This document shows positions 50,328 to 64,000 of a stretch of DNA of 64,000 nt, one piece after another. How positions within the stretch are numbered: the stretch's first letter is position 1; every line of letters begins with the position of its first letter. The position numbers were made by a program, and so were the translations under genes. Under the pieces are notes generated by a model. The model saw nothing but the letters and a program-made list of their open reading frames with translations. It was not told the DNA's origin and made no database searches. Origin of the DNA: Balanoglossus misakiensis. Its lineage: Eukaryota; Animalia; Hemichordata. Where the stretch lies: the NCBI GenBank assembly GCA_040954595.2, contig CM082582.2:10965483-11029482 (forward strand), given 5' to 3'.

Positions 50328-53300
50328 GTAAGTACAGATGGCAAATACCACTTTCTAACGTTTATGACTACTTGTTCAGCACATTATGGCCCACTTGCGT
50401 AGGTCTACACACTAAAAAGTAAATCTGATATGGGAAGGTAGTGTTGGATGAGAGTCCATACACATAGCACAGTGTGTGTACAAAACCATAGCAGTCATTG
50501 AACGCAGAGATCCATTACATCGATTTTTCCCCCTTCACTATAAATGACATTTAAACGCGGACATTTTCACGGGCTTGGTGAATAAAGATACGAACGGCTT
50601 AGACACCGAGAAAGTGTTGACTGTCAGAAAAGAGAGCTTTTGCAGAAGTGCGAGAGTTTCCAAGAAGTACGCGAAAAGACTGCGACTGTCAAAACTGTTT
50701 TGTGATAGGCGCATGATTTATGTTACGACCGCCGTAGTTATATCACGGCGGATTGCGCGACTAACTCTACTGTCAATATAAGCAGACGGTTATCATCCCT
50801 TCAATTTGTCCATCGAGGACCACAAATTTCAACGTGTGATTTCAACAAAGGGGTGTCTATGGGAGGAGGGGAGCGGCGGGGTCAGTTCTAGGCAGTGATG
50901 ATCGTAGTACAAATTAGTGTTTGTTTTGAGACCATTTACAAAGCCTTTGTCATCAAGCGAGTTCCCACTGGACCCTGCATAATCTGCCAAGCATTGTGTC
51001 GGCTAGAGAGAGAGAGAAAGTGAAAACCCGATAACCGATGTGCTTTCAGTACATTGGGGGCCGGCTGTGCTCTGTTTATTCACGCCAGTGTTTAAACTGC
51101 GCTGGCCCCCGACTTCATTCCCGATAAACAGACTGAAAGGGACAGTGCAGTGTTTTGACAGCGGTTCGTAAAAATCTGTTCCTCGGTTCAGAGTTCCGAG
51201 CGCCATCTGCAAAGAAAACAGAGAACCGCGGATGTATGTTTATAAGGAGAGTGTAACTCGACCTGCATACAAAACAGGCCAGACGTGTTCGAATCTGCGG
51301 AGCTTTCCGGCGACCGTTGGCTAAACGAAACATTTGAACAGTTTCTGGTGTAGACTTACGACCCGTGTTTGACTTGCCGTGTTGGTACAGGCCCGGCTGG
51401 ACCGCTTTGTCTGTCCGCTCCTAGCTGAATGCAACATTCACTCCAGTGTTTGTTTTGCACTCATTCGATGATCCATTGTGTATTTGCCGTGCATATTACG
51501 TAGGAAAACTTTCTCTAAATCTTGGCCGAAGGACTGTTTGTTAAAACTGCCATTTTAACGACCCCGATTTATAAAGACCATTTTAGCACCGCTTGCGACA
51601 CGAGGGGCTAGTAGGGAGCGTTATCCGAAGAGAGAGAGAGAGAGAGAAAAATAGACGTTTTTAAAATGAACTCGATGGTGACTGATAGTGTATAAAATTT
51701 GGTTAATTTGTCGGACATATTGTTTCCAATACTGAAAAATATGCTGTTAGATGGAATTATATTGTAAACTTCAATCCTACACTGTATATACAACATTAAT
51801 AGGCAACTACTGAAGAAGAAAAAAATCACACGGCCTCCAATGACTCTGGATCAAGTCAGGGAATTCATTTTCACACAAAGAAATGGAAAACGCGGTGTTC
51901 TTTATTGTTTTGCAGTCGGGCACCAATTCCATAAATTTGGTGATGTATGACAAGAGATGTACGGTCTGCGGCGTCCCTAATTAGTCGGGAGGAGTCGAGC
52001 ACTGTTTCAATTGCTAGTTTACGTGCTTGTTAACTAAAAATTAGGTATTGATTGATCGTTTGTGAATTGGTAAGGAGGTGCCAGTTTAGTCCTTCCTATT
52101 CATAAAATGAGTTATGGCTGGTCGTAAAGCGATGGGGTTGGCCCTGCGTGTATGCAAATAAGCGACTGTGCGGTAGCACCGTCACTATATAAAAGAGAGG
52201 GCCTTGCTTTTACACCACGCCATTCAGGGAGGACAAATAAAAAAGCGACGCTTTTCAGATGACATAGACAAAAGCGACTGTACAGCGTGATTGATACGCG
52301 GAGAATGTCGATCGTTACCTAGCGGAATAATTTGATTTACAAAATGATGGTTTTGTGAGAGAGACACACACAAAAAATCGCAGAACAATGCCGGCTGGAG
52401 ACGAATCGGTACTAATGAGTCGAAGTGTGGAACTCGTTGACTGTGTCATAATCACCGAGCGGTTGCGTGAATGGGCTTTAACGAGCTCTCTTTCTCTGGG
52501 ATGCACTTCAATAAAAAAGGACGACATTGCAGACCTCCAGACGAGAAACAATAGAATGGACGACGTCTTCGCTCAGGCGGACTCCGATTCTGACACGTAC
52601 AATAGTCGAGGTTGAGAATTTATTGTTGTTAATGTGTTGAGAGGCATTCAAATCGCCTATCGTTCTTAATGAGACGGCCGTCATAAATTTACAAGGGAAA
52701 GAATTTTGTTCAGCCGTAAAAAAAAATGGAAGACGACGTCGTGTCTGAGGCTAAATCCTTCGTGCCCTATATATTACTATTAAAGCGAACTCGCTCGACG
52801 TTGGGAACAAGCAGTTAGCAAGACAAAGACTGCAGTAGATAAAATGTTCTTATAGATCCTGGTGTAATTTCCTTTGTCTCCAAAGAGTTTTCACTGCAGT
52901 TCAATGTATTTCTGTTCGCTAAAGACCCCCGATCAACGGGATTGGCCTGGGAAACCATATGAGGAAAAAATAAGAACTGATCACATTTTGGGGCGTTGTC
53001 TTTGCTTCGTCATCGCCCCTGACTTTGCGGAGACTGCCGTTTGCGCAGTCCACTCACGCAGTTGAGAATGCATGCATTTTTTTTTTCGACGAGAGGTGCC
53101 ACAGTTCCACCTGAAACCGAGAAGCTCTTCGCACGTTTCCGTCTTTGAAACAAGTCTCGCCATTCTGTTGCCATGGCGAATCGATGACGAGATAGTGCAA
53201 GTCGCCTACGGTGTCGGTTTAAATTAGAAAACAATTTTCAGTTTGTCGTATTATCTCAGCCAGCCATCGTCTCGAAATGCTTTTTTGTCCCTACACTTTC

Positions 53301-56300
53301 CACGTTTCCTGTAAGACTAGGCACTCAGAGGAGCCTTGGAAAAGCCTTTTCACTCGAGTTAACTCAGGCACTATCTGAAATTACTCCCAACCCTGTTTCA
53401 TAATGAAAGAAATTTTTACACGTGACGCCATGTCGTACCCGGGGTCAAGTAATCACAAGGGCTGATTTCATCGTGACGCTAAGGGGGTCATGGTCACCCG
53501 CAATTTATGCAGCCCTCCCAGGAAACCTATCAACCATAAACTTATTTATTAAGGATTAGAATTTTGATAAATAGCTGAGAGTGGTGTCTCCTGTGTGCTA
53601 CTCACATCTATCTGAAAGCAAAAAAGTTCATTTAGATGAATTTTCAAGATAAAGCTCGCTAATCATCGTGCATGAACGAAGTGCCAAAATGGCGGACACC
53701 TCAAAATGGCTGACTCCATGGTTACATCTTAGCTTAGATGATTCGTTGAAGAGACTTCCGTGATGACCGACACTAATGATATTCCGAATCTCGGTATATT
53801 ATGAATATTCAGAGAAATAAATATATTGTATTTTTTATAACAACTGAAAACGGTGTGATAGTGGAACATATTGATCAATTCAAACATTCGCTCACAACTC
53901 AAATTCGGTCATCTCTGAAAGGTATGGAATAAGAAAAGTGTAAAATTGCCTTTTTTGCGCACAGTTGCCTTTTCGGATTCCTGTATTCATAACGTTGTTA
54001 GTCTCTACGTCACACTGATGATGTTTAATGGGCTGGCTAAAATGTCTGCTCCAGTCGGAATGATAAAAAATAAACCGAATCAATTCAGTCTTCGTATCGG
54101 CTCACACAATAGAGTTTATTCGATTCTAATAATAGAGGCGACGGCGCATCTAGTTTGGCAGCCTTCCCGTTGCAACCTTCCTGAACCCCGAAGTACTAAT
54201 AAAATGTCAAACATCCAGGAATCTGTTATCTCGTGTTCTAAGTGAACCGGCGTGATTATGAACTCCCGTTTTCTGTTTGTATGCAACTTCAGTTTTTGAG
54301 GGTGATGGATGAAAAAGGGGGTGTAGTCATTCAGTGCGGAAGTAACACAGCAGAGTGAAACTACAGTATAGCCCACGGCTGCTGAATTTCATTTCTCTGC
54401 ATCTTGGAATATCTTTAATTAAATGCAAATGAAAAACGCAATCAGCAAATCATTAACGGTTGCCACCCGGCAATTACTCATGTGTATCAATGACCTACAC
54501 ACAATAAATAAGCAAATATGAATCGCGATTAATCCCATTCATGTATGTATACTTTAAGGGTTGGCAATAAATTGCGAAATGAGGGAGAGAGTCAAGCCCG
54601 ATCACGCGTGATTTATGCGTGACCCACTCCACGCGCGCGACACGCTTGCTCACAGCAGAGGATGTTCTGAATCGCAGCTGAACACGGGAGCACTTTCGAA
54701 GCAAATGACAATTCTAGAGCAATCATAGATAGGAATCTATGACAAGATTGGCATGCGCCGACCAAGACGTTGTAATTAGTCTGATGCACCAAACTGTCCT
54801 CAGATCTGTTTCACAGAATATTAGAAAACCAAAAGCTATCCCTTTTCTTGCTTTTTTTAAACGGTAGGATGGAAAAAATCATCAGCAGGCCCAGCGGCAG
54901 ATAATGGAATGCTGGTCATATGCATTTACCTGTAAATTGAAAAATGGAACCTTTTGATCAGAAAGTGAAACTAAATTTCCCACCACGTTTCACAGTTTTA
55001 CGCGTCTCGGAGAGGGTATATACAATTTGTTTCCCAACACCACGACAAATTAACGCTCATAATATATGACCTTTCCCGGATTTAAACCATTTTCCAAATA
55101 CTATTTTTCCCCAGATATTGTTTCTGAGGTCTTGGATGTTTTTTTTCACCCGGCGAAGGGAGATACCCTTGACTGCTTTCTGGAAATAAACGTTGCCATG
55201 CCAACCTAAAAGCTTTTTCTGTTCCGCGCCAAGAGAATCAAATTACTCGGGCTGAAAAAAAATCCCGACTGAAGGAGCTGAGAGATAGTTAAGCATTCAG
55301 AACACGCCGTCTTGATTGGGAGAATGGTCACACCGCTAAATGCCAGGCACCTCATCTCGACATGACCCAAGCTTTTGAAATGATTATTCCGTTGTCATGA
55401 CGATCGAATGAGAGAAAAAAGTGAACGCAAAAGACAACAGTGATGCGAAGTGAAGTTTGCACCTGCTAGAATAGAGTCTCTTTTGATTAAAAATTAATTT
55501 CCCAGTTTATTTGTTCAAAGAACGGGTTAGTATTTTTACGAGCAAATTATAAAACCCATCAGTCTTATCGAGATAAGAAACGAGGACGGACGTGGCAGTT
55601 TAGATAACAAGCACCTCGAAAATCAAAGACTTCAACGATTTCTCACGTCCTGCTCCAGGCAACTTTACATCATTCTCTCGTAAAATCGAAAAAAATATGG
55701 GGTCAACATGTAAAATTGTGAACGAGAGAACCAAATTTGAAAATCAAAATGGCCGCCATTTTCTGTGTTGGGTCTATCAAATCCAACAACCGATTGGTCA
55801 GTTACAACTTTCTCATTTGCATATAGCGACAACGCGGCAACTTGGTGTTTTTTTCACGAACTTTTACAAATTATCTCCAGCCGTGCGATAAACGACGCCT
55901 ACAGAAGGCCAAAGGCCAGGGGTAACAATTTCACGGTAACGGTTCATCGCTCTAATTTAAAAGACCATCTCTAATTGCAGGTAACGATTACACCGACAAA
56001 ATACACTATCAATGGCCTATTTTAATGGTCATTACCTTTTTTCTCTCGCGTGTGGACCATTCTTTCATTATTTTGACTATTTCACTTACAGTGTTTAGAT
56101 TCGAACGCCGAGACATTTTTTTTCCGAGCAGTTGGGCGGATCACGTGACTGGACCAGTCACCCCTCGAGAGCGACTTGACGAATGTCAAATTTTATCGTA
56201 ATTCGAGCCAGCGTACACCGGTTAGGATCGAAGAGACGCCGATGAACGGATCGCATTCGTTCTACATCCCCCATTCAAGACGAGTCACGCGTGTTTGAAT

Positions 56301-59300
56301 TATACATTCTCTCTAAACGCAAAAAAAAATTGACCTGATCGATTCCTGGCACCGCAATGTCTATCCGAATCTCGACATTTCAAACCCACCTTCAACAACA
56401 CTATGACCCGCGCATGCTCCGATGTTGAAAAGGAAGCTGAATGCGAAAAAATATAACAAAAGGAACATTCTGTATGAATCAAAAATACCTTCCATTTAAC
56501 TCAGCACTGGTTTAAGCTACCACTTATTACATTCAGAAGAATTGATAAAACAATTCTCAAATGGGTATTTCATGAACACTGGGCACTCCAACCGTTATGA
56601 TGATTTGGGGTTCAACTGGGGGGGGGGGGGGAATTGGGTCACGTTCTTTAATCATTCCTGAAACGAATCGTTGAAGTGATGATGAAATATGTCGTCCTGT
56701 AACCCCCCATGTATTTCTTTTGGATACGAGATGATTGCAAACTAAAAGGCGCTCATTCTAGTCAATGATTATCCCGCTCGTTGGCTCGGAAGGCAATGTA
56801 AGCTGTCGCTAGCAACACGGTTAATTTGCAGCAGCACGGTAAATGGCGCCGGGGCGAGAAAAAACGCAAGGGAACTTACAGCACCGACAAATTAAACGCA
56901 ATTGACCGGACACAGACGACGTGCTTACGGCCAGCGAATGGTTTTCGCTACCCGTGTGGTGATTTTTGCGCGTTGAAGATATAAGGGAGGAGGGAAGGAA
57001 GAAGCCGTAACGAATTCACAAATACCTACAGGAAATGAATTTAATATTTAAGCCATCTGTATTTATCGATGCGAATTTTCCTTCACCGCTCCGCCGTCCG
57101 TTAGACTGTGCGGGGTCATGGGTTAAGTCGGTTCTCTGTATCGAACGAGTTATCGGAAATCGAACGACTGTTTATTTTATTCCTTGTGAAATTAACCAAA
57201 TGTTTGAATTTATAATTAATACAACAAGAGTACATCACGTTTATACCAAGCTAAAACAAATAATTCGTGATTAAATATGACGACCAAAAAGGGGAGAATA
57301 AAGACGTACATTCTGTATTACCAGCTATAGCTGAAAGCGATTTGGTTAATCTTAGGAAGAGGGTCGCATCTGGTCGGGAGACTAATCAGTTCCCTGCTTT
57401 GCGAAGACCCACATCCCCCTCGAGGCCGTAGTGAAATGAGTGAAAAAAAATATCAAAACGACGTAAAATTTTGAGCTCACAAATACATGTAGCAGAAGAC
57501 GACTAGAACCTTCACCAGAAAGTGTTCTTTGCCTCCCCACACCCTCTTCATGCATTTGTGTTGTACTAGTTATATATTTGAATCGGGCGAGAGACTTTAA
57601 TCACGTTAACGGCGTCGGGAGAAAGATGACCGTCGACACTAATATGTTGTGCAACAGAGAACGCGCCAATTCCTCGTTCGTCAGCTCGTTTTGTATGTAA
57701 ATGGCTCCTGACGCTGTGTTCGAGTTTAATGCATTTTTCGCCGGCTTTAATGCCTGTTTTGGTTGTGTTCTCGCTCCTAATTGGTATATGTGATGGCGTT
57801 TTGAAGCTTAATTTGTAAAATTACCTACTGGTGTAGTAAGTGTCGAAGATTGATTTTTTTTTCTGCACGTGTTCCTTTAGGCAGAAAATGATTCATCTCC
57901 CATCGTGTGAAAGCGCTCGTTTGCAACTTGAAAACGCGGGAAAACCTGACATCATTACACTGTCGAGAGGGGGAAAAAAGAAAAGAAAGTAGCTTGCTAC
58001 GTCTTTGAAGCCAGTTGCCGCTTTAGAAGTGGCTTGGATGTGGCACGGTTTACCTTTCGTACAGAAATCAGGTTTTTTACTGCTTGCCAAATTTCTCACA
58101 CAGCTAACTAGCACTTGAAAGTGAGGTGTATTATTTCGGTTCAGTTCAAGCGAAAATTACAACGAAGCAATCGCCCAGTCGAGCAGCCGAGCTAAGCTGC
58201 ATTAAAGTGCATCGGAAAATAATTTAAATCGTATTATTTCAGAAAAAGTGAAATCGCATTATTTCAGATAAAAAATTGAAAACTAAAATTTTCTGTCGCT
58301 GTTATCTAACAATTCATTTCAACAAGATTGGAGAAGATGTCTGGAAAAGTAGATTCCCAATAACGTCTTTTCGGTCCCTTTTTTAAAAGATAAAATTCTC
58401 CCAATCTATTGTTATCCGCTCAGACGGTATTAAAGTATTCGAATTCTGTTGAATTCAAAAAAAGTTATCTCATACAATATGCGTCTTCAGAATCCAGTGA
58501 CGTCATATATTTCGTAATGAAAAGCTAAGCGTTGCGACTGTAACGAGAAAAATACGGGGGTGCCGTTGTCTCTTTTTCAATGAAAATGAAAATGAAATCT
58601 TCAAACTATCTCTATGCGTATGCTGTTAATCTACGTCATACGGTTAGCAGAACCACGTTCCATCGTAAAATAGGGTCTCTCCTTCATGGAAACAAGACTC
58701 ACAATTTTGAGACGACCCCTTGGTCAATGTCTATGATCAGTATGCAAATAGTGCACGTTTACGCGGCCACTACACTTATTGCAAGTTTAAATTCACATTA
58801 ATAACATTTTAAGGCATGATAACGTTATAGATGGTTTACGTTCCCCCCGCAAAAACCCTGAAATGGATACTTTGCCGGCATAACTAATAAATCCGAAAGG
58901 GAGAGCTGTGAGCGTTGGACTAAAATAGAAAACATACAAGCCACATTCAATTACGATATGGGGACTTTGGCCTTGCTAATCACATCATACGTATATGGCA
59001 GTTTTTAGTAACCTATAGTGGGAACTTAAAATGATTCACGTCAGCGTCGCGCTGAGTACACGTGCATAGCTGACTCAAAGCCTAACCCGCTACTGTTGCA
59101 GCCCATAATTTAATTAACCAACAGCCGATCATTAAATTTATTTGATCTGTACTCCTGATTAAATAAAGGATTTGGGGCGTGCGGAGCCGAAGATATATTG
59201 CGAAATAACTAAGTGGCAAAAACTGTGCGGATTTGTCGGGGGGATTATGGTGCCTTGTCAAGTTTGTTTCCCTGGCAATCCCAAGTCTACGTGCAAACGG

Positions 59301-62300
59301 AACTTTGCGCTTCCGAAACTAACAAAAAATGACCCTCAACCGCCTTTAAAAATACACCAGAATTCCTACAAACTCGAATGGTGGCCAGTTGTATGTCATG
59401 TTATAAATGGTGGTACATCCAGACCCGTTCTCGCGTGACCTTGTTTTAAAATTCAAGTACATGCTTCTCGTTGTCTGAAAATTGCCACAATTTAGTGGGT
59501 AATAGGGCGAACATCAGCGTTCTGTAATATCTGGAGAGAAAAAAATCGCCTCGCGCCGTTCTCTTTCAATGACTTCGGTTGGAAAGTGTTGATAGTGACG
59601 CTTCAGTAGCTTTGCTAACCAGGCTCCGATTTTCTAAGCTTATACTGAATGGGAAAAACAACCCCGCTTTTTGTCAGTTTTTTTTTCTCTGCTCAAACTT
59701 TGCACTGATATCGAAACAATATTGGCAGAACAAACGCCTTGGAAAGGCAACTGAACGGCTTAGACAAAACAACAAGCGGAAGATTAGCAGCCGAGTAATT
59801 TCCTGCGAACGGTTGATGGGCAGAAAGATGTTGAAACCCACTGAAATGCTCGCGTTGACCCGTGCATCATCTTAGTAACCATGGCGACAAGGATGATGTG
59901 ATGATGACTAACAGTGATGTGAGTGTGTCACGACGGAGAACAGAATTAAGGCGCAAACTAGAGGGAGCATCGGTTCCAAACAAATCAAAATGTACATATG
60001 TGCTGGGAGGGATAATGCATACATACATACACAGACAGACAGACAGACTGACTGATACAAAGGAGCGACTTTGAATCTGCATCCGTGACTAAGAGAATAC
60101 GCGGGCAATTACGGAACAGTACGTCACGTTTGCAATGACTTGCAATCACTGATTATTAGCGGATTTGTACAACCGATTTCATGCAATTACATGTATAATG
60201 GCGGCTATATAATTACTTCCTCATAATTTGCGATCGGATTATAAAAGCAAATAATCACCGGGAAAAATAAGCTTGCCAGGCGGCAGGGGAAAATGGGGTT
60301 TCGAAGTTCATTATCGAACTTGCATCGGCGAGAGAGCGCCTGAATATAGAGATCATGATCACTTCAATATTTTTTACAGACTCTACAACGATGAAGCATA
60401 TTTTGCAAGTCTGTCATTATTGGAGACAGGTGATTGCAAAGCCAGAGTTCTTGTTTCGAACTGTGTCAATCGCCTGGGTTTTTTTTTTGCAGTCGCGGAG
60501 ATAATCTCACACTGACCTTGAAAACGCGAATGACAGAAATCCCGGAATGCGGGGTTCGAGTTGTGTATTCAATTGAGATTCGCTTGGGAAGGCGATTTGT
60601 AGCATATGCCAAATATCCACCGCGGATTTCCGCTGAAAAGTCGCCGTTATTCAGCGGAAAACCTGAAAGCTCTGTCGAGAGAGAGAGAGGGGGGGAGAGA
60701 GAGAGACAGACATACAGAGTCACATAATGACTCCGTGTCAATATTACAATAATATTAATCTTTCTTCGCATCAAAATTGTGCTCATTGTGTGCAAATCCA
60801 TATTCAGTATTAAAACATTTCTGTCAGATCACAAACCTCAGGGGCGTATGTGTAACGAAAATTTCGCCACAAAATATTGCCAAGAAAATAGATAATTATT
60901 TCTCTCCCGTAGTTTTGAGTCCCTTGAACAATTTAAAACAAAAAAACCTCGACAGCTTTATAGGTCCATCTCGCGAAAACACTCCAATTCATTCTAGGGT
61001 CTATGATGAAACCAATCATTGACTGAGGAAAAAAGGGTCGACAAAGAATATCAAAGGCGCCGACTTTGTATGAAACGTGGTTCCCCTCTGGCCTTCGGAT
61101 GACCCGTGGTAACTTCGGGCTCAATGCGAAGTCACAACTGTACTTGTCTTCGCAGTCGAACGCCCAAGATTTCCTCATGATATTAACATGATCGAGACAT
61201 GGAAGTCCCTTTGTTAAGGGCCCTTTAACGTTAAGCCCCTAATTGTGGTCGGGTTTCTTTGAAATATCGCCGTTTCCCCCCCTCCCTTTCAACACGGGCA
61301 AAGGGAAGATTCTATCCGAACATTTCTGCCACGGAAGGCGAATAATACGAGGACGTGGAATTCTGCTATTGGGACTTTGTCTTCATATTTGCGCAATGAC
61401 CTTTTCCAACTAAAGGCACTAAAGAGCTAAATCTCCACACATTGTCTCTGTTTACAGCAGAACATCCTTCCTTCAATTGCAATGGAGTCACCCTTTTGAT
61501 TTTTATGCGGCGCGAAGTACAGCTCAAGCGTGAACCAATTAGACTCAAAATGGACGACGGTTCCATTTCACGATTTGAAAGCAGTCTTCTAGAAAATGCA
61601 TTTTTGGGGAGGGAAGATTTCGTTGTTTTTTCACATCACTTTTCTGATTTACTGCAGTACTCTCTGCGGATTTATTTAGTGGATGTCGGTGTAAGTTACC
61701 GCAACTTATCCTATTCCAACAGTCAATAACTGTGACAGTAGATCTACAAAATATACCGTTTCTCTTCTCTTTGGAGGGGGGGGGGTCGTCGTCGACGCGA
61801 TTTGCGCAAGCGCAAAATATATGCACACCGGAAAGATGATCCCATTAAATATTATTAATTTTTCAGATGAATTTCGTCTCTTTAGACTTGACTCTCATGC
61901 TTGAAGATGAGTTTTTCAACATCATCTCCCAAAAAGTCGTGTCAATTACATGTATTTACAATACGGAGAGACAACAACCTTCTTTGCCTACCCTCCGCCT
62001 TTTAGTCAAATACGCCGACCTTTAACACGGAATGCGCGTCTCAGTGCGTTTTCTGAAAGGGAATATTTACTCACGGCTAAACAAAGGAGCCAATAATCCC
62101 ACAAAACATTTTAGACGCTGGTGTTTAATGTACAAATTATCGAGCGAATTAATCTGAGAATCGTTTAACGACGGTCCCTGCTAAAACGCCCGAGTCGCCG
62201 ATTATGGCGTAATATATTTTACAAATACGGTTTCATTCTGTGTTATGAAAATATGAAGAGAGTTTATATATTTAATATATTAACTCTCGCGAGAAATTCG

Positions 62301-62357
62301 ACCACTAGGGAATGGATGTGAATATGTATACATTGAAATTTCTCCCCACACTTATAG

Positions 62358-62813
62358 ATCTCAATTCTCTTTCAGCATATCTGCAAGACCTCGTACACCA
62401 GTATGCCTGCATTCACAACATCAGCCATGCCACAGGTGAGGTTCACTCCCACCGGGGGGCGGAGGAGACGACCTACCAGAACAGCCTGGATTGCACCGTC
62501 ACCATCAACGCCGAGCCAGGCAAAAGAATAAACATTCGATTTGACTTTTTCGACCTGTCGTCCATGTACGACACGATTTTAAAACAGTGCCGGGGAAACG
62601 GCGACAGGGTATATATTTACGACAAGGGGGACATTCTCCTCATTCGTAACGACAAGGAAATACCGCAGGTCACTTTGTGTGGGGGCACGGGCACTTTTCC
62701 GTCGGATCACCAGTCAACCGGAAATGTCGTCACACTCAGGTTCATAAGCGACGGCGCCACGACGGAAGACAAGGGTTTCAAGTTTATCTATACACAGTTT
62801 ACGACTCCAAGCG
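62358..62813 (+). CDS. CUB-domain protein exon; the gene continues beyond this exon
   Basis: C...GEVHSH...YQNSLDCTVTINAEPGKRINIRFDFFDL...C...DRVYIYD...LCG...STGNVVTLRFISDGATTEDKGFKFIYT is a complete CUB domain. Phase-1 acceptors at 62358 (tag) or 62376 (cag), and G|gtaagt donor in phase 1. Confidence 0.95.
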
Positions 62814-62908
62814 GTAAGTGAAAGTTTACCACCACCATCCTCGAAAATGAGTCTACACATTTTTGTTTCATGTAAACAACAACAGGGAATAAATACCTCA
62901 GGTGATGT

Positions 62909-62951
62909 GGTCACGTGAGGGGAGGGATAGGGTCACGTGAGGGGAGGGATA
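62909..62951. repeat. 22-bp tandem duplication containing an E-box (ggtcacgtgaggggagggata x2)
   Basis: Seen directly in the intron after the CUB exon. Confidence 0.85.
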
Positions 62952-64000
62952 AAAGGGGTGCTAAAAGTGACGACAATAACAGCAACAGCAAAAATACTAC
63001 AACTCACAGCGCACTCTCAGAACCTGTAGATGTTTGCCATGACCAGATACCCTGCACCCAGGCATCGGCAGAAATATCGATATCATTAAGATGCAAGTCT
63101 ATAATCAGGCGCAATAAATACAGTGAGGAACCAACTGTTACAGAATTAAAAACTCATTAACTGTGATTTTATCTTGTTAGCTAATGCATTGATATTTTCA
63201 AAGTACGCGTTCAGAAAATTGCTTTCCTGATTTATTCTAAGCCCCCCTCGTAGCATACTAATGTAGCAAAAACAAATGGCATTCTATCTGTGACGTACAT
63301 TGACCACTTGACGTCGAAGAAATTACGTCAGATTTTACGAACTCTGTGATACCAAATCTATCATCACATTACAGGTACAATGTCCGAGTTTCCTTGGTTT
63401 CAATTACCTGTAGTTTCATTCTGTCTGCCTCTATATTGAGTGTCAACTTTGATCATTTGAATTTTGAAGCACAAATGTAAAAGTTTATACACGCGCGGTA
63501 TGGCAAAACACAAATGTGTAAGCTCTATTCTTTCTAGTCGCGCGCGGCAACTTCTATCCCATCCATGGCCAGCTTCTCAAAGATGGCCGCCGCCGACAAC
63601 AAAAGTACAATGTGCACATAATTAACCTTTGCCCTCAAATTCAAAGATGTCTGCCTCCATATTGCCTGCCGAAACCGCTTGGCGATCATTATTTACAACC
63701 GAGGGCCCACAGATGGTTGCCTCCGTGTGCAGTTTGATCCCCAAGACAGTAAGCGCAATTCAAAACTGCAAAATTAGATTGCTGTTCGGTCGTACCGGAG
63801 AAAAAAAGGCAGACGGCGACCCCTTTATTAGATTAGTCAATGGGAATTTTCAGAGCGAAACACTTCTTTCAAGATGCGTGCTATTCCCTTGTTTAAAATT
63901 TAAAGACTCTGGCGCGACTAGCAGTTACAATAATCCTTCGAGTAATCCAAGTTTGATTACAAACATTCCAATGGGGAGGCGATGTGCCGCACAGTTTCGC

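Noticed and set aside
55605-55775. Probable degraded MITE-like fragment with the dyad AAAATGGC-C-GCCATTTT
   Set aside because: No paired termini, TSD or second copy in the window, so it cannot be supported without a repeat library search.
50328-62357. Several octamer (ATGCAAAT) and TAAT motifs in the CUB intron as an enhancer cluster
   Set aside because: The count is close to what AT-rich sequence gives by chance; no conservation data.

Overview
Eukaryotic genomic DNA, AT-rich and intron-rich; the gene content suggests a marine invertebrate, possibly a deuterostome (inference only). I can splice by eye a complete 9-exon plus-strand gene (1268..37631, 330 aa) encoding a secreted CAP/CRISP-superfamily protein (signal peptide - CAP - Cys hinge - EGF-like - ShK-like). 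Its 24.6-kb second intron contains a (TGTC)n microsatellite and a ~20.7-kb array of ~230 copies of an 87-bp satellite with layered, old-outside/young-inside architecture. All very long ORFs at 13.9-34.1 kb are artefacts of this satellite. Downstream lies an unexplained ~8-kb minus-strand composite module (38.6-46.65 kb). It comprises a 79-aa Cys-rich ORF, ~6.5 tandem copies of a ~555-bp unit each carrying three palindromes, a CCAAT/E-box promoter-like segment, a chain of short GT-AG-bounded exon-like segments with no long ORF, and a tandem array of acceptor + AATAAA cassettes. The window ends with the 5' part of a plus-strand CUB-domain gene (probable signal-peptide exon 50234-50327, CUB exon ~62358-62813). 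No prokaryotic features, rRNA, tRNA or CRISPR arrays are supported.
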